Counted from the stretch's first letter, positions 28,288-43,467 are shown. The stretch: DNA of 64,000 bases from Eledone cirrhosa (GCA_964016885.1 OZ024741.1:82336001-82400000); one strand, 5' to 3'. The notes: a model not told the origin generated them from the letters alone. Made by a program: numbers and translations.

Positions 28288-31200
28288 GGATGGACACGTG
28301 TTAAACTTGTTCGGTAAGTTTTGTTTAAAGTTTTTAGAAATTCGTCATCGTGAACTTTTATTTTTATACCAAACATTCACAAGCAACAACAACAACACAA
28401 TAAATGAGAACAACAACAACACAACAAAAGGAATCAGCGGCAACACAACGAATGAGACCATCATCACCACCAACACAACAATAACAAAATTACATTTGCA
28501 GCAACCGATTTTAAATATTACTCCATAGACATTTCCCAAAAGTCCCAATATTTGGAAGACGCTTCCAGCTATGTGACGTTTGAGGGGGACACCCCACACA
28601 TACACACACGCCCACAAGTAAGAGAGATGAGAACAGTTAACATCATTACCAAAAAACCTATAACGTTCCCAACAATCACTATTGAAGCTGCACTAAAAGA
28701 TATCAAGCCAGACGTGGCATACCTCCAAAGAGGTAAACAGTATGGAAGTGTGTCAGTGCTCCTTCAGAGCGAAACTCTGACACAAAAATACTCGGTTCAC
28801 CCAATAAAAACGGATCAACACATCTTCTTCCCCACATACATGGGAAGAAGATCCTACAAAATAAAAATAACAAGGATCCCAGCAGGGTCAACATATGGTG
28901 GATCCTACGCTGCATCCTGAAGAAGGATGAGGACACCCTCCTATCTGTAGACAGGACAGACCAGCATAACTGGTTTGGAACCTGCATCGAGGTTCTGGTA
29001 CAAATGAGGTCAGAGGGAGTTGAGAAAATACCGGACAGGATCATCCTTGAGGAAGATGTCATCTCTATTTTAGTGGAGGTGAAAAGACCTCAGTGCCATA
29101 AGTGTGGAAAAAACCACACACTTTAAGGGCTTTTGCCCTCTATTAAACAAACCGAGGACAAGGTGTTATTACCAACACCAAAACCCCAACATCAACACCC
29201 CAAACTAAACACAACACAAAAACCTGCAACATCCACTCCCATACCCCCACATACCAGAGAAAATCACACACAAAATCCCACTGAATAACCCCCCATTGCC
29301 TCTTCCCTCTCTGTCAAATACTTCCATAAACACCTGCCAAACACTTCACCGCACAGCATACCCCTCCCATCTACCCCTGATTCAGAGGTCTCAGACACGG
29401 GAACCTCTACATCTCCAAGTGAGAATGAAGAGAAACCCCCAAAATCCAAAAAACAAAAAAAGACACAAAAGCATCTACAGAAAACACGCACACAACCAAC
29501 CCCTACATAAAAACACCGCCACAAATGACAAACACACCAACAACACAATCACCACCAACACAACCAAACACTTCACCAACAAAACAAACACCCACACCAC
29601 CACAATCACAAACCCCAACCACAAAAAGAAAACTACAAACAGAAACAGTACACATAAAAAACAAAACATATTACACATACATAAAAACAAGAAACAAAGA
29701 ACTGGTGGAAACTGTCTGAAAAGAACCCACAATACAAACGGAAGGGAAAACCTTACCCACCAACGACCCACCCCCAAACCTCAAACTTATCAGGGTAACA
29801 ACCCTACAGTATGAAACTTTAAAAGAGAATTTCCATGATGTGGGCCCCCTTGCCAAAAGCCCCTTAACCGTGTCCTGCTAAAAGTACCCCCCTACTCAAA
29901 CACCACCAATCTGAACATAGAGATCGAACAACCCGACCTCCAGGAAACGAAAAAGTAAGTGTTCATGCCTTTTCTCTCCTTAACTCTTCTTCACCAACAT
30001 GGCGACTATACAAGATGGATGTTTGAATGTACCTGAGCTTGTCCTGGAAACAGAGCCAGCTTTTAAATGATCTCAGGTCACATTGTATAGATGTGATAGC
30101 TATCACCGAGTCACGGATTCACGACAAACAGCAGCTAACCCGCATGTTCGATGATTTTGAGATCTACGCATCTCTCTGTCAGCCAGGAGGTGGAGGTGGA
30201 ATTGGTGTTCTGTTTCGAAAAAACTTGGATCTCAAAATACAGACGATTCACTTGGACCCGCAGGGCAGCCTGGTGGTCCTGGACGTGAATGGTAGTGAAG
30301 GTGGAGCTTTCAGACTGGTGGCCGTATATGCTCCGACTGGGACATCGCGACCAGAGTTCATCAAGCGTCTGGAGCCATAACTGGGACCGTCTCGCTCCTT
30401 AGTGTTAGCGGGTGACAGGAATGACATCTTAGACGCACGTTGGGACTATGTAGGAGCTTGTGATAATAGAGGGGGGTGTAATAGCCTCAAAAATCTCATC
30501 AGCTAAATCCAACAGGCTGATAAATATCGACTAGCCTTCCCAGGCGCACCACTGTGGACGTGGAGCAACCACACTGGGTTTTCTAGATTGTATTTAGATA
30601 GATTTTTAATTAGACAGAATGATAAGGAAACATTAAGCTGTTCACAAATGTACATGGTTGCCTATTCAGACTTCAAATTAGTCATCTGCGTAGTCAACAT
30701 TGATAGAACACATAGGCAGGAACCGGATACTGGTAGCTAAAATAGTAAAGGTACTTAGGAGTGACAGCCCAGCTGACGTGCTAGCGGCGAGAACGGCACT
30801 ATACCAGTTCTTCAATGTGAAACACAAAGGTTGTATTGTCAGAAGTAGAATACGTGCTCTAAGAAACGAGGGAGACAAAGCTGTTAGCTGGGCACGAGAA
30901 GCAGAGGCGAAAAGTGGCAACAAGTCCACTAATTCGATTTTTTCAAGACAAAGATGGACGCATTATACTTGAATCCAAGCCGATGTGCACGGCCTTCCAG
31001 TAGCATGTTGCACAACTGTTCGGGCAAAGCGGTACATCGAGTGAGGTGATAGACCTCAGCTCCTACTTCGACGGCGTACCGCAACTCTCGAGCACGGATG
31101 CAGAGAGCTGCGAAAGGCCGATCACAGCGGGCGAAATAGAAGATGCCCTAGGCCGCTGCGGGAAACGCAAAACACCCGGTTTAGATGGTCTACCCTATGA

Positions 31201-33449
31201 GATTTACATAGGCATGCCAGACTTGTTCTCTGGCGTCCTCGAAGCGGTCTACTGCAACTGGCAGCAGAACGGGAGGATTCCCAGTTCCGTAGGCAGAGAC
31301 GTAGTAACGCTTGTCAGGAAAGACGAGAACAAGGGGGATGAGATAAGCAGTTTCTGGCCCATAACTCTGCTCAACACAGAGTTAAATATTTTGGCGAAGG
31401 TGTTAGCAGCGAGGCTGCCGCTTGTCGTCGAGAACTTGGTAGGGGAACCCCAAACGTGTGCAATCCCGACCAGGTCCATACACGACAACCTCCACCTCAT
31501 GCGATACATCATAGAGAGCGTAGTGTGTAAACCTGGCTTCGGTGGGGATCTGATCAAGTTAGATCAGTCTAAGGCATTTGATTGGGTCGACCATCAATAC
31601 TTGTAAGCAGTTCTCAAGGCGGCCGGCTTCGGTCGCGTCTTCAGAGGCTGCATCGCTGCCACGCACACCATCATCTGCGCTGAAGTCAGGGTGAATGGCT
31701 ACCTATCAGAGCCATTCCAAATCATACGTTCCATCCGTCAGGGATGCCCTCTATCCTCCATTCTGTATGTACTAACTCACGAGCCGTTACTGCGGAAGTT
31801 GGAGCTGTTTCAGGTCATCCCGATCGAACCAGGACTGCGGAAAGCAGCGTCGGCCTATGCCGACGACATAACCGTAATGGTGTCGAAAACCTCGGAAATC
31901 AAGGTAATCGGCAACCTATTACAGGAATACGACTATGACAGGAACAAGACTGAACCCAAACAAATATGTCGGTTTTCTACTCGGCACATGGAGAGGCAAT
32001 CCCATGCCTTCCGACAGTGTCATTGGACGCTGGACAGAAGGACCGGTGAAATTGCTCGCGGTCTGGTTCGGTCCAGACCTCCAGGTGGGCAAGAACTAGA
32101 ACGAGGTCACGGCGAAGGTGTTTGCACTCACCCAGAAGTGGGCTGAGTGCAAACTCTCCTTGAAAGGTCGAGCGGAAGTGGCGAACACTTACATAGTGTC
32201 CGTCATCTACTACCGCTTGACAGTTGTGCCTTGCCCCCATGAATACCTTACCAAAATTGAACGCCTACTCTTCAAGTTTCTCTGGAAGAAACAGGCTCCA
32301 TTGGTGAGGAGATCCATCTGCTGTCAACACCCTTCTAACGGAGGGCTGGGATTGCCGTGGCTGATGATGAGTAAACATGCACTGAGGCTACGCCATCTCC
32401 AGGTATTCCTGACCGGTGTGGCTGTCGTTTGTGAGACAAGCTCTTCCACAACTCGTCTCACTAATAGAGCTGCAGTCCTGGGTCAAGCGGAGACGGAAAT
32501 GGGTGCCTGTCACCTCCAGTGCCTACAGGCGCTCACAGCCCTCTACCAAGCGGAAACGGCAATCAGCGGAGACTCCACTTCGACATTCTATAGGGAATTA
32601 GTGGAGGATAAATGCGACGACGTTCTCGGGGAAACTCTAGGCATCGAGGAAGACGAACTGACCTGTCTGTTCGGGAGGACTTTCCGTCCAGGGCCTATGG
32701 ATAACTTCCAGAGGTCTCTGGCCTGGCAGTGCTACCGAGGAGCTCTACCAGTTCGAGACAAAATCTACAGACACAGACGCTTTGGCCGAGATCCTGCCAA
32801 AAGGACCTGTCCAAGATGCGAACAGGACATCGAAACCGTTCTACACGCAATTGTTCAGTGCCCAGGGGTAACCGACCTGTGGAATTATGTCGAACAGCTG
32901 CTGTCACGTGTGGGACGCATCCAGTTGTCAGCCGAGTCCATCATGAGGATCAACCCGCCGCCTTCATTTAAGAACGAAGGAGAAGCGGTTTTCCTCTGTC
33001 TGGTGGCTATGGCAAAAGAGGTAATATGGTGGACGAGGTTAAAAGGACTGAGGGCAAACACCTTTCTCTCCGGACAACAACTTATCCTCTTCTTTAAGTA
33101 TCACTTCAGAAGGAAGGTGAGAGTGGAGAGAGAGGTGAAATTCGCTGAAAGGTGGGTGCATGTGGCAAAAATGGCCCGAGTGATTGGGCCATCGCTGTAT
33201 ATAAACCTGTAGGTTGAGGAAGATAAACAGAGGGAAGACAGGAACACCTACAAAACGTGTTCCTGGTGTTGAGGGTTGTTCTATCCACGGGGTGTAAAAC
33301 AACCCTGCAGTAACGTTCCCCCCTACTAGGGATTTGAATTGTTTTTTTATTATATATAGTTTATTGTTATTTATTATTTTTATGAAAAACCCCGCCGTCA
33401 TGTCTTGTAGTGTCCCATAGTTGTACACCCCTGTGGCAAATATAGAAAG
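28288..33449 (+). mobile_element. Tx1-clade LINE (family C), near full length, head-to-tail with family B
   Basis: ORF1 pieces 28552..28920 and knuckle CHKCG near 29095. ORF2 from ATG 29999 with APE, RT (PGLDGLPYE, DQSKAFD, QGCPLS, AYADDI) and CPRC...HAIVQC; stop 33212. Confidence 0.93.
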
Positions 33450-33504
33450 ATATATATTTATCTATGTATCTCAGGGTCTAGACATATATATATATATGAC
33501 TCTT

Positions 33505-33590
33505 TTCCTATTACCCACTCTAATACCCTAAGTATCGAGTACTCTGGTGCGTTATGGTCCACTTGGTATCTTACCACACCTTCTTTGTTT
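33505..33590 (+). mobile_element. Tail-only copy of the 19545/37187 pLTR family
   Basis: TTCCTATTACCCACTC...AGTATCGAGTACTCTGGTGCGTTATGGTCCAC between TA-rich tracts. Confidence 0.75.
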
Positions 33591-33612
33591 TATGTATGCA
33601 TGTATATATATA

Positions 33613-33682
<70 letters not shown>

Positions 33683-34847
33683 CTCCTCATGCATCATGAT
33701 AGTATCAGATTATTCTTCCAATAAAACATACTATGCCACAAATAATATAATACATACACGCCATTAGATTAGTTTTAATTATTTTAAAATAATATTAGTA
33801 TTCAGGGTAAGCAAAATCACTCTACTCTGAAGAAAACAAAAATGGGAAGTCTGTACAGATAGGCACCCTATTAGCATTGGAAATCCACTCTAAATTACAC
33901 CCTGACACATAGAAAACGATGTTTTATTTTAAGTTTCATCTTATTCCTAGATATGGAAATACCCAATAGACTGACGGAACAGCCATGGCTGATACGTCTA
34001 TCATTTTACGGTTACATAGTTTGGAACTATTTTTGGCCGATATATTATTACAGCCATTCGTTGTAAAGTGCTCTCATCGGAGATGATTAACTTCCAGTGG
34101 CCAGGTAGGCCCTAATTCCTTAAAGGAATGGAATCTGATTTAGAGTAAAAAAAAAAGTAAAACAATAAAAAACAACAGCAATAATGATAGGATTATGGAT
34201 TTGTTCCTAATACAGATTGCCGAGCCTATACAGATGCCACATATTTAGCTGATAACTGCTGTTGGGTAGCCGTCTACTACTCCAATCAATTGAAGTATAG
34301 ATATATATAATTGATTCTCTCTGACATTGGTACACAGCTAGCAATTTGATGGAAGTGAAACATTGACTATATTTACAACAGTTCTGAAGTGGTATTATAT
34401 TGGATTAACCCCAGAAGACTGAAAGGAAAGCTGAACACTGAGGGTTTTGAACGCAAAATGTAGAAAGTAACTGAATAATATAATTCAATTTGTCCAATAC
34501 CGTTTCGATGCAGCCATGTCCATTAATAGAGTGATGCAAAAAGTATTTTAAGGCTTTTCTCCCTCCTAAAGCATGGTTTACTATGGTGGGCTTCATACAC
34601 ATCGTTGAATACTTTTTGAGGCAATGTTTTACATCCAGGTGTACTTCTTGGTTCTATCGCCTTTCATGGTTTCCTATATTCGTAAGCACTTCATTTCCTT
34701 TTGCTCTATTAGAAGTATTATAAGCTGCCCTCTCGAAAGTTGCTTAGCGATGAGTTTAGAAGTGAGGTTAGAAATCCGCTTACAAATATTGAAGACGAGT
34801 GAGGGGTGGCATGTCTCTCTCCTGCCTCTCACTCTCTCTCTCTCTCA

Positions 34848-34949
<102 letters not shown>

Positions 34950-35473
34950 GAATTAAAAGAGCAATAGACCCGCACAAGACAAAGACAAAGAAAATCACCA
35001 GTAAAAGGAATAGTCATTTCTCTTCAGTCAAATTCTGGAGATTCCTACAGACTCAATGTATTAATGTTAATACTGTTTATTCAGTGAAGACAGATGAAGA
35101 ACTCTGTCTTTCGGTGATTTCCACCAATGAAAGCAGACAAAATTGCTATATGACAATGTGCTTCAGTTGAAAATGAAGTGATAGAAATAGAATAGAATAG
35201 AATAGAATAGCCCAAAACAGAAAAATAGAAGAGATAAAACTAGAAATATGATTTATTTTTTACTGCAGTCATACAAAAACAATGAGCCATGACCTAGAGG
35301 CAGATGAAAAGAAGGCAGAGAGGGAGAGAAATAGATTTGCAGTATAATGTGTATATTTAGATTATTGTTAAAAACACCCGGGTATCTACGACCAAATCGC
35401 ATAGGAATCAAAATATATTTAAAACAGACACACACACACACTCCACACTCACAACAACACACACACACGTTTA

Positions 35474-35602
<129 letters not shown>

Positions 35603-35718
35603 GTGTGAGTGTGTGTGTATGTGCGTGATAATCATTAATCAATTCATCAAACTGCTTAGATATTAAGCAGTAATTGATGACATATTGCAACGTTCTGTTC
35701 ATACAAACACTACCCCCT

Positions 35719-35787
<69 letters not shown>

Positions 35788-35791
35788 TATA

Positions 35792-36130
35792 TGGGAGGAA
35801 GTTATAGTTCACTTGAAGCATTGTGTAATGAGGTATAAACGTTTGTATATGTATAATTGTTTCTGCTTTAGGCACAAGGCCAGCAGGTACTCAGTTCATT
35901 ACTGGTACTTTATTTTATCGACAAAGCCAAAACAATGCAGGTATGGACATAGAATAAAGAATGCAAATGCAAAAGATATTGTTGACAATAAGTCTTTTAC
36001 CTTAGATTTATTTAAATGTCCTTAATTTTCTTCGGAGGGAAGTAAAGCGGTTAAAAATATCTTTAGCATTTTCATTCTTTAATCTATGTCCATACCTGCA
36101 TTGTTTTCGCTTTATTATACATATACAAAC

Positions 36131-36137
<7 letters not shown>
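35792..36137. mobile_element. Palindromic insert between (TA)n arrays, left arm interrupted by a SINE fragment
   Basis: 35834-35857 plus 35929-35985 are inverted against 36050-36137. SINE 3' piece at 35855-35922. Possible decayed HHR (CCGAAGA, minus strand) in the loop. Confidence 0.65.
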
Positions 36138-36171
<34 letters not shown>

Positions 36172-36770
36172 TATGTTTGTGTAACAGTATGAGTGTGCGC
36201 ATGCTTGTACAGATACAAGTTCTTTCTAATGTACACCGTAAACAGGATCCTCTCAATTCTAAGTTGAAAGGCTTCAACAGATTTTCCTTAAATCATGTAA
36301 TATCTACGTCAATTTCGTTCTGTTTTCTTTTTCCTCTACTCACTATATGTAAACAACATTTTATTTTATTCACTAACTAAACAAACAAATTGTAAAACAC
36401 TTTTATTTTTTTACTTTAGGGAAAAATCGGATTTTATTTTTATTGGAATATTCTAATTCAACCATATAATCATTTCGGAAGTATGTTGTCAAGGGAATTG
36501 ATTTGCATATTGCACTTAAAGGTAGATAGATAGAGAGGTAGACATACATACATATAGATAGATAGATACATAGATAGATAGATAGATAGATGAGATAGAT
36601 AAGATAGATAAAATAACATACATAGAGATAGAGAGAGAGAGAGTGAGAGAGAGAAAGAGAGAGATAGAGAGAGCAAGATTCTTTTAATTTTTGCTTTCAC
36701 TAGTTTCAGTAGTTACAGTGCAACCATGCTGCGGCATTGTCTATGTGTGTGTGTATAAATATATATATAT

Positions 36771-36824
36771 ACTCTTTTACCTGTTTCAGCCATCCGGCTG
36801 AGGCCATGCTGGGGCACCGCCCTT
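36771..36824 (-). mobile_element. Extreme 3' end of the CR1-group LINE (or a SINE sharing it)
   Basis: ACTCTTTTACCTGTTTCAGCCATCCGGCTGAGG matches 48028-48060. Confidence 0.75.
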
Positions 36825-36847
36825 GGGATATATATATATATATATAA

Positions 36848-37173
36848 ACACAGATATCCACGGTAAGTTGTGGGGTCTATTCTGCATGAAGAACTCAATG
36901 TAATCCATATGTTGAAAATGTTGTAGGTTAAGATAAACCCGGAAAACAATAAAACATTAAAAGGAAAACGGAGTCATGATATAAGTTAAAACAATGAAAT
37001 AAAAAAATCAAGTCATAAGAGATATACTTCACTGCCTTACGATCGTTTCTAGGTGATGATAATACATTGTAGCTATACTTCTATGTAAGGTTAGTTACAA
37101 AATAGAAACGATCGTAAAGCAGTGAAGTATATCTCTAATGACTTGATGTTTTATTTCATTGGTTTAACTTATA
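36848..37173. mobile_element. Palindromic pLTR insert with HHR 3' half
   Basis: Arms 36980-37051 and 37103-37173 contain GAAA cgatcg TA aagcagt. Homologous to 53140-53255. Confidence 0.75.
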
Positions 37174-37186
37174 TATATATATATAT

Positions 37187-37346
37187 ATAGGAACCAGTAA
37201 GACCCCGACAGCTGAGCTCAAGCCGTCGAAACGGCTTGAGCTCAGCTGTCGGGGTCTTACTGGTTCCTATTATCCACTCTACTACCTCAAGTATTGAGTA
37301 CTTTGGTGCGTTATGGTCCACCTGGTTCCTTACCACATTTCCTTCG

Positions 37347-37348
<2 letters not shown>
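37187..37348. mobile_element. Perfect 84-bp palindrome plus tail (same family as 19545) in (TA)n
   Basis: Arms 37187-37226 and 37231-37270, loop CGAA. Confidence 0.82.
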
Positions 37349-37422
<74 letters not shown>

Positions 37423-37627
37423 ATATATATATTTGAAAAGGGAAGTAAGGTTCTATACAAAAATTGACTAGAGATAAAATGTGACGTTGGAAATAGCACG
37501 GAAAATATGTGTAAGTGCCTGTTTTTCTTTTTTTTCCCTTTGCTTTGATTCGTCAAATGGCATTATTGAAAAGATGAGAGGGACAATTCTTTTTTAAAAA
37601 GAGTTTTATAATGTATATAAAGTATAT

Positions 37628-37678
37628 AATGTATTATCGGTTTCGATGTATTAGTAAAATTCATCTTAGCAAACGTTG
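37628..37678 (-). ncRNA. Degenerate U3-A8 hammerhead motif
   Basis: Minus strand: TTGCTAA gatg...catc GAAA ccga TA; stem I is poor. Confidence 0.38.
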
Positions 37679-40600
37679 TGTATTATAATTCAAAAGAATT
37701 AATAAGGATTAAAAACTAAAAATAAAAGATTTAAAATCAATCGTTGCGGTAAGTGTTTTCGTCTTCCTTGTTGAGAGGGAAACTGTAAAAGAACTCTTGT
37801 GTATAGTGAGGTGGTTGTAGCAGCAGCAGTGTTGGTAGCTGTATTCCTTCAACATAGGAAATCTCAATTGTGTTAGTGTACTGATCAAGAATTCAGATGG
37901 GAATGGCGAATAGGGTAGGGGTTGTTCTATTCTATTACTAAGTTTTGTGTCTAGTACGGTTTTGGGTGATTAGTTGGGTAGTCTATAGTAACTTTGATAC
38001 TCTGGTGGATGGAATTAGCTATTTGCTGGATGCACACACACATATATATATATATATAATAGATTTTAATATCAACATTTATATTTTTTCTGTATATGTG
38101 TAAAAATAGATTTTCGTATATAGATATTTGAGGTATTGCCTATTTATAAGTGATTCCGTTAGTATTCCTATACCTTGTGTATAATATATGTAATATTACA
38201 TATATTGCACGTGGATGGGTTCAGCATTGCCAACATTTTAAGAAGTTTGTTTTGTTATCATAAGCACCCGAGGTTGAACTCTCTTTACAACTAGAAAACG
38301 AGACTTCCAAGATGAAGGGAAATAGTAAATGAATCAAGCTAGGGTATCTCCCTAAATGGTAGATGAACCCGAAGTTGACCGTGTAACATTTGACACTTCT
38401 GACTTGAAATTGAACCTCGAGCTGCCGAGACTTCCGTCGTTTTGGGTCCCCGTACCACCTACCCAATCACTGCTGTCCGGACATAGTTACTCATCTGATA
38501 CACAGGAATGAACCCGGTGTGTTTAAATGGCTATATCAACGCGTCTACCTCCCTCTGTTCCGAGAAAACGCTTTCGCCATTCCGACCATTGGGTCCTGTA
38601 CCTGGTGCTCACATTATCCGGGATTGTACCAATGTGATAGCAATGGTACAGGATGCTGATAGCTAATTCTGTCAACACACACACAAACATCAGCTCTAAG
38701 AAAATGGTACCATAAGCAACAATTCATTTAAACGAAGAGGATATAATGATATGAGGCAGCCTTCTTTTGTTTCAGATCAACCAGATCCAGAACACTTATA
38801 ATGAAAAGCATTTCAGCTATAGATATCTCGTCCCTTTTCGAACACAACCTATCTAGATTTTTATTATCGGATGTTCTCCTCTAATTATATATATATACGA
38901 GTGATTGACTGATGAATTAGCGGTTGTTTCTACTTGTTGATCGACCGCATATATTGCCATTTCGTTGAGGTATATACCATAATAATTGGCTATAAGCTAT
39001 AACACAAGCGTGTGCGGATGTAAACTAACGTTTATATGGCAAAGTAGCACATTTGTTTATCTAGGAGAGAGACATGAATGATTAGAACAGTGTATTGTTT
39101 TCCCATGTAAACTCTGAGGTTATAAAATATACAATGAGTACTTAGTACTCTGAAAGTATTGAAAATTTAGGTGAGAGAGATTATATGACATTTTGTTCAT
39201 AAAAAGAAGAAAAATATTTGGTAAATATAGCAGACGTTGTCAGAAATATATCTATTGTGAAACTAAATTAATTACAGATGAAAAGCATAATGTCATTTAC
39301 ATCATCACTTCAATCAAAGCAAAGCAAATAGAAATCTAATACAAACTACACGAGAGAATGAATACGCAACTGGTAGAAAGTTTATTGGAGTTTCAGTTAA
39401 CAACATTCGAACTAGATTGCAGTTTGATATTGGTTCCAATAATCAAATTATTTCAAAATCATCACACATGGGGAGAATATATTGTTCTCTAACAAGTCAG
39501 GAAAACACATTGTCTGCATAAAATCATAAAATATATCTAGAAAGTGAAATATCCTTGTCTGGTGTGGAAAGGTTTACTGTCGTATAATATTCGCAGACGA
39601 GGCGATATCTGCTAATGTATTTTTTAGTGAAAGAGAAGAGTAATCTAAATCATCTGAGAATTAACTGCAGAGAGAAATTTAATTTACGGCAAGAAGTTTT
39701 ATTTATTTTGTTTCTATGTAGCATGAATTATCGACTGAATTCCTGTAACAGAGAACATCGGTACAGTATTATAAAATCAGACACATCAAAATGTATTGCT
39801 CAGTTAAATGTTAGATGTTTTGATATTTTAAAGACTAAGTTTATGATCCACCCAACGAAGGTGGCAACGAGATATCTTTAATATGGTTGTTCGACACAAC
39901 GATAAGAGGAGCCACACTGTCTATAGAAACGAGAAACATTACATGTTGGTGTAGTTCTTGAGCATGCGTCGATTTTGACATGAGGGATTCAGTTGTTTGA
40001 TTATCGGAATATATTCGGAAAATTACCGTTAAATTGGCAGAGCATTTCGTACATAGCCATAACGTACTTCTCAGGCTGATTGAGCCTGAACCAATATGCA
40101 ACAGCTCTGACCCTTTAAATTACAATTACAACTAATTTTCCAGCAGAATGGAATTAAGAAAGGTGAAATGAATGCCTTGTTTAAGGACTGAAAAGGTTGC
40201 CGGAACCAAACTCATGTTGTTATATCGTCAGTCAAACGCCCTAACCACAAAAGTATTTAAATCTTGCCAAGCTGAACTTTTCCATTCTTCATTTCGGGTC
40301 AACAAATGAGGTATCAATCCAAGGGTTGTGGTTTATTGAGATTGTTAAAAATTGACGGCGATGCTTTGTCATATCAATATCTAACATGGATCGTTGTGTC
40401 CTAAGTTCAACTTCCGCTTCTTTCCGCAACGAGCTCTCATCGACAGACTATATAAGTAATGAAAAAATCAGTGGACACATTATTTCCTTGGCCTGATATG
40501 AATCTCATCTCATTTTATATATTGAAATATAAACGGTTGTTAAGTCAACAAAAGAACTGGAATAACAAAAATGACAATAATTAAACCCACAAATCCTGGC

Positions 40601-41407
40601 ACTGAAGAGAGAAAGATTCTTAAATAACGGAACTTGAACGAAAGCGTCCTTTTCATGCCAGTCGCCGTCGAAACCGCTAGAGTCCCCAGACTCTATATGC
40701 TGGTTCTTCTCCACAGTAATATCCTCATAAGTTTCTCTGCACGACGCAACTAATATATACCATCTTAACTGGGGTGTAGAGACTGCCGTTCCATCTCCTC
40801 ATTTTACTTATGTTATTTCTTTTTTTCCTTTCTATGGTAAATATTATATAATTTGATTGAAATTTGCTAATGATGGTATTTATGATAGTAACTATTTCAG
40901 ATTGGTACACCTTCACGTTCAATATAACACTTCGAACATTTTTGACAAATGGTTAACGGTTGTAGCTTCCTTGTGTTTCGGCAAATGGTGCTGACTTCTA
41001 ATCACTGCAATTTTGACTACTTTATTCATTCTCTATTGGGCATGGTGCATTAACCGAATAAAATATAACTAAGTGAGATTCATTGAAATATATGGAGTAA
41101 TGTTTCTTAACGTGAAGATAGTATATCTTCAGAGAAATCTGGAAACCTGGATGGTAGATGGAAATTCAGTTTTGATTTCATCATTCATATCGATTACACT
41201 GGTCATAATAATGTTAGATACATTATAATGATTGTCGATTCTCATGCGAAATAGGCAGAATTATAAGTGGTAGAGGCACAAACATCAAATATAACAATTT
41301 TATTTTCTTGCATCAATTCGGATTAGGGCAATTTAGAGTGGGTCATTTTGTATATTTACGAAATGGAACTCTCCTCATCGATTTTGACGATGAATGCGTG
41401 TGTGTGC

Positions 41408-41475
<68 letters not shown>

Positions 41476-41480
41476 TTATA

Positions 41481-42775
41481 ATTAATACAATAACAGAGAT
41501 AGTTTAAAGCTAATCTCTGACTGGTAACCATCTCACTCAACAAACATTAGGTAATATTTTAATATAAACCCAATTTAAGTGTTTCAAGAGCTAACAATAT
41601 GTATTATGTGGAAAAGCCAGTTGTATTATTTTATGAGATATAATTAAAGTTAAAATATATCTCTCTTTCCAAACAATTGTTTCATTATAAGTTTTCTACA
41701 AATTCGGAGAATATTTCCAGTTTATGTAGAAGCCTAATATACATTCATGTAAGAATATATTTAGGTGGGCGCTTATAAATCACCAATAAACCTTGATATA
41801 AGAAAAACATTTCTTACCACAGTTAAAAATCGTGTCCGTTAAGTTGCTCCTTCCCGCATCGAATGACCGGCAAATTTGAAATTCCAGCAGTTTTTGACTG
41901 AGGAAGTATTATAGCGTCACTAAGCGGGAAGGGGAGACAACCACAATCCACGAAAGGAGGAAAAAAAATAATATACACGCGGGTTAATCAGTTTTTTCGA
42001 AAACATTATCAATCCAACGTGTTAAGAACTCAATTGAAATTAAAAAAATAAATATATGCGTATATAAATTACACACGCATATAGATATTTTCTTAGGCTA
42101 AAAACAGAGGTTGTACCTGAATAAGAAACCGCATCTCGTAACCGTAGTAAATACGGAAAGTTATGCTTTAAAGGGCAAATGGGAATGTAAATCTCCGGCC
42201 GAATTAAGAGTAAAATATAAAACACATGCGGGTTAATTAGTTATTTCAAAACTAATATCAATTCCTCGTGTAAAGAACTCAATTAAATAAAAAAGAAAAA
42301 ATGTATGCATGTAATTATATACATAGGCATATATATATTTTCTTAGGCTAAAAAACAGAGAAGTTACAACCAATAAAAACCACAATATCGCACAACAGTA
42401 ATAAATACGGAAAGTCAAATTTATAAGGTACCTGGAAATAAACACCTCTGGCCAATCACGAGTAAAATATTAATACAATAACAGAGATAGTTTAAAGCTA
42501 ATCTCTGACTGGTAACCATCTCACTCAACAAACATTAGGTTATATTTTAATATAAACCCAATTTAAGTGTTTGGGGTGCTAATATGTATTATGTGGAAAA
42601 GCCAGTTGTATTATTTTATGAGATATAATTAAAGTTAAAATATATCTCTCTTTCCAAACAATTGTTTCATCATAAGTTTTCTACAAATTCGGAGAATATT
42701 TCCAGTTTATGTAGAAACCTAATATACATTCATGTGGAAGCCCAATAAACCTTGATATAAGAAAAACTTTTCTTA
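41481..42775. mobile_element. Non-coding element with long direct terminal repeats in (TA)n
   Basis: A (41481-41816) and A' (42469-42775) are highly similar. Internal tandem units at about 41973-42221 and 42222-42468. Confidence 0.75.
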
Positions 42776-42811
42776 TATTTATATATATATATATATATAC
42801 ATTTTTGTGAA

Positions 42812-42930
42812 AGGCGCGAGGCTGAGTGGTTAGAGAGTTGGATTCGCAATCGATTTCATGGAGCGGGTGATGCGTTATGTCCTTCAGCAAGACATTTTAT
42901 TTCCCATTGTTCCTTGTACCTGTAGTTGCA
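42812..42930 (+). mobile_element. Diverged tRNA-derived CORE-like SINE (octopus OR-like)
   Basis: GGCTGAGTGGTTAG A-box and TGTCCTTCAGCAAGACATTTTATTTC core. Related minus-strand copies at about 50680-50782 and 59120-59238. Confidence 0.55.
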
Positions 42931-43467
42931 ACTGATAGATAGTATTAGCAATTTGAAAAGACCAACGGACACATTGTTTCCTCGGTTCGATTTGACGAAA
43001 GTTGATCTACTGTCGATCTACTGTCGATATATATATATGACTGAATATAATCCCAATATGTACACATTTAAACCTATCTAATCATCAACTGTAGCCAATA
43101 AAACAATATAGAATAACGGTACCCTTAGGTTACTTCCTGCTGGCTACATTGAGAACAAAGTTTGCGTTTAAAGAATGCCCAAGAGATAATTTTCGTATTA
43201 ATTAATGTGTAATCAATGATATCATTAACAAATATTTTCCCTTATAATTTTTATAGATGTAGCACTTTTATCTTTGTTTAAATATATCGTTGCACGCACA
43301 ATCACATACAAATAGAAACAGAATATATTTATTCAAAATATGAAAAAAGCATATTTTGTGCACCAGGCTATTTTCCGAACCATAACAATCCAACGGAAAC
43401 ACACACACACACACACAGATACACACACACACATACAGACACACACATACAGACAGACACAGACACA

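Noticed and set aside
35008-35035. Minus-strand CTGAAGA directly followed by GAAA
   Set aside because: No stem II and only a weak stem I.
41481-42775. CRISPR array or prokaryotic system
   Set aside because: Repeats are hundreds of bp long with no repeat-spacer periodicity and no cas genes; the context is eukaryotic.
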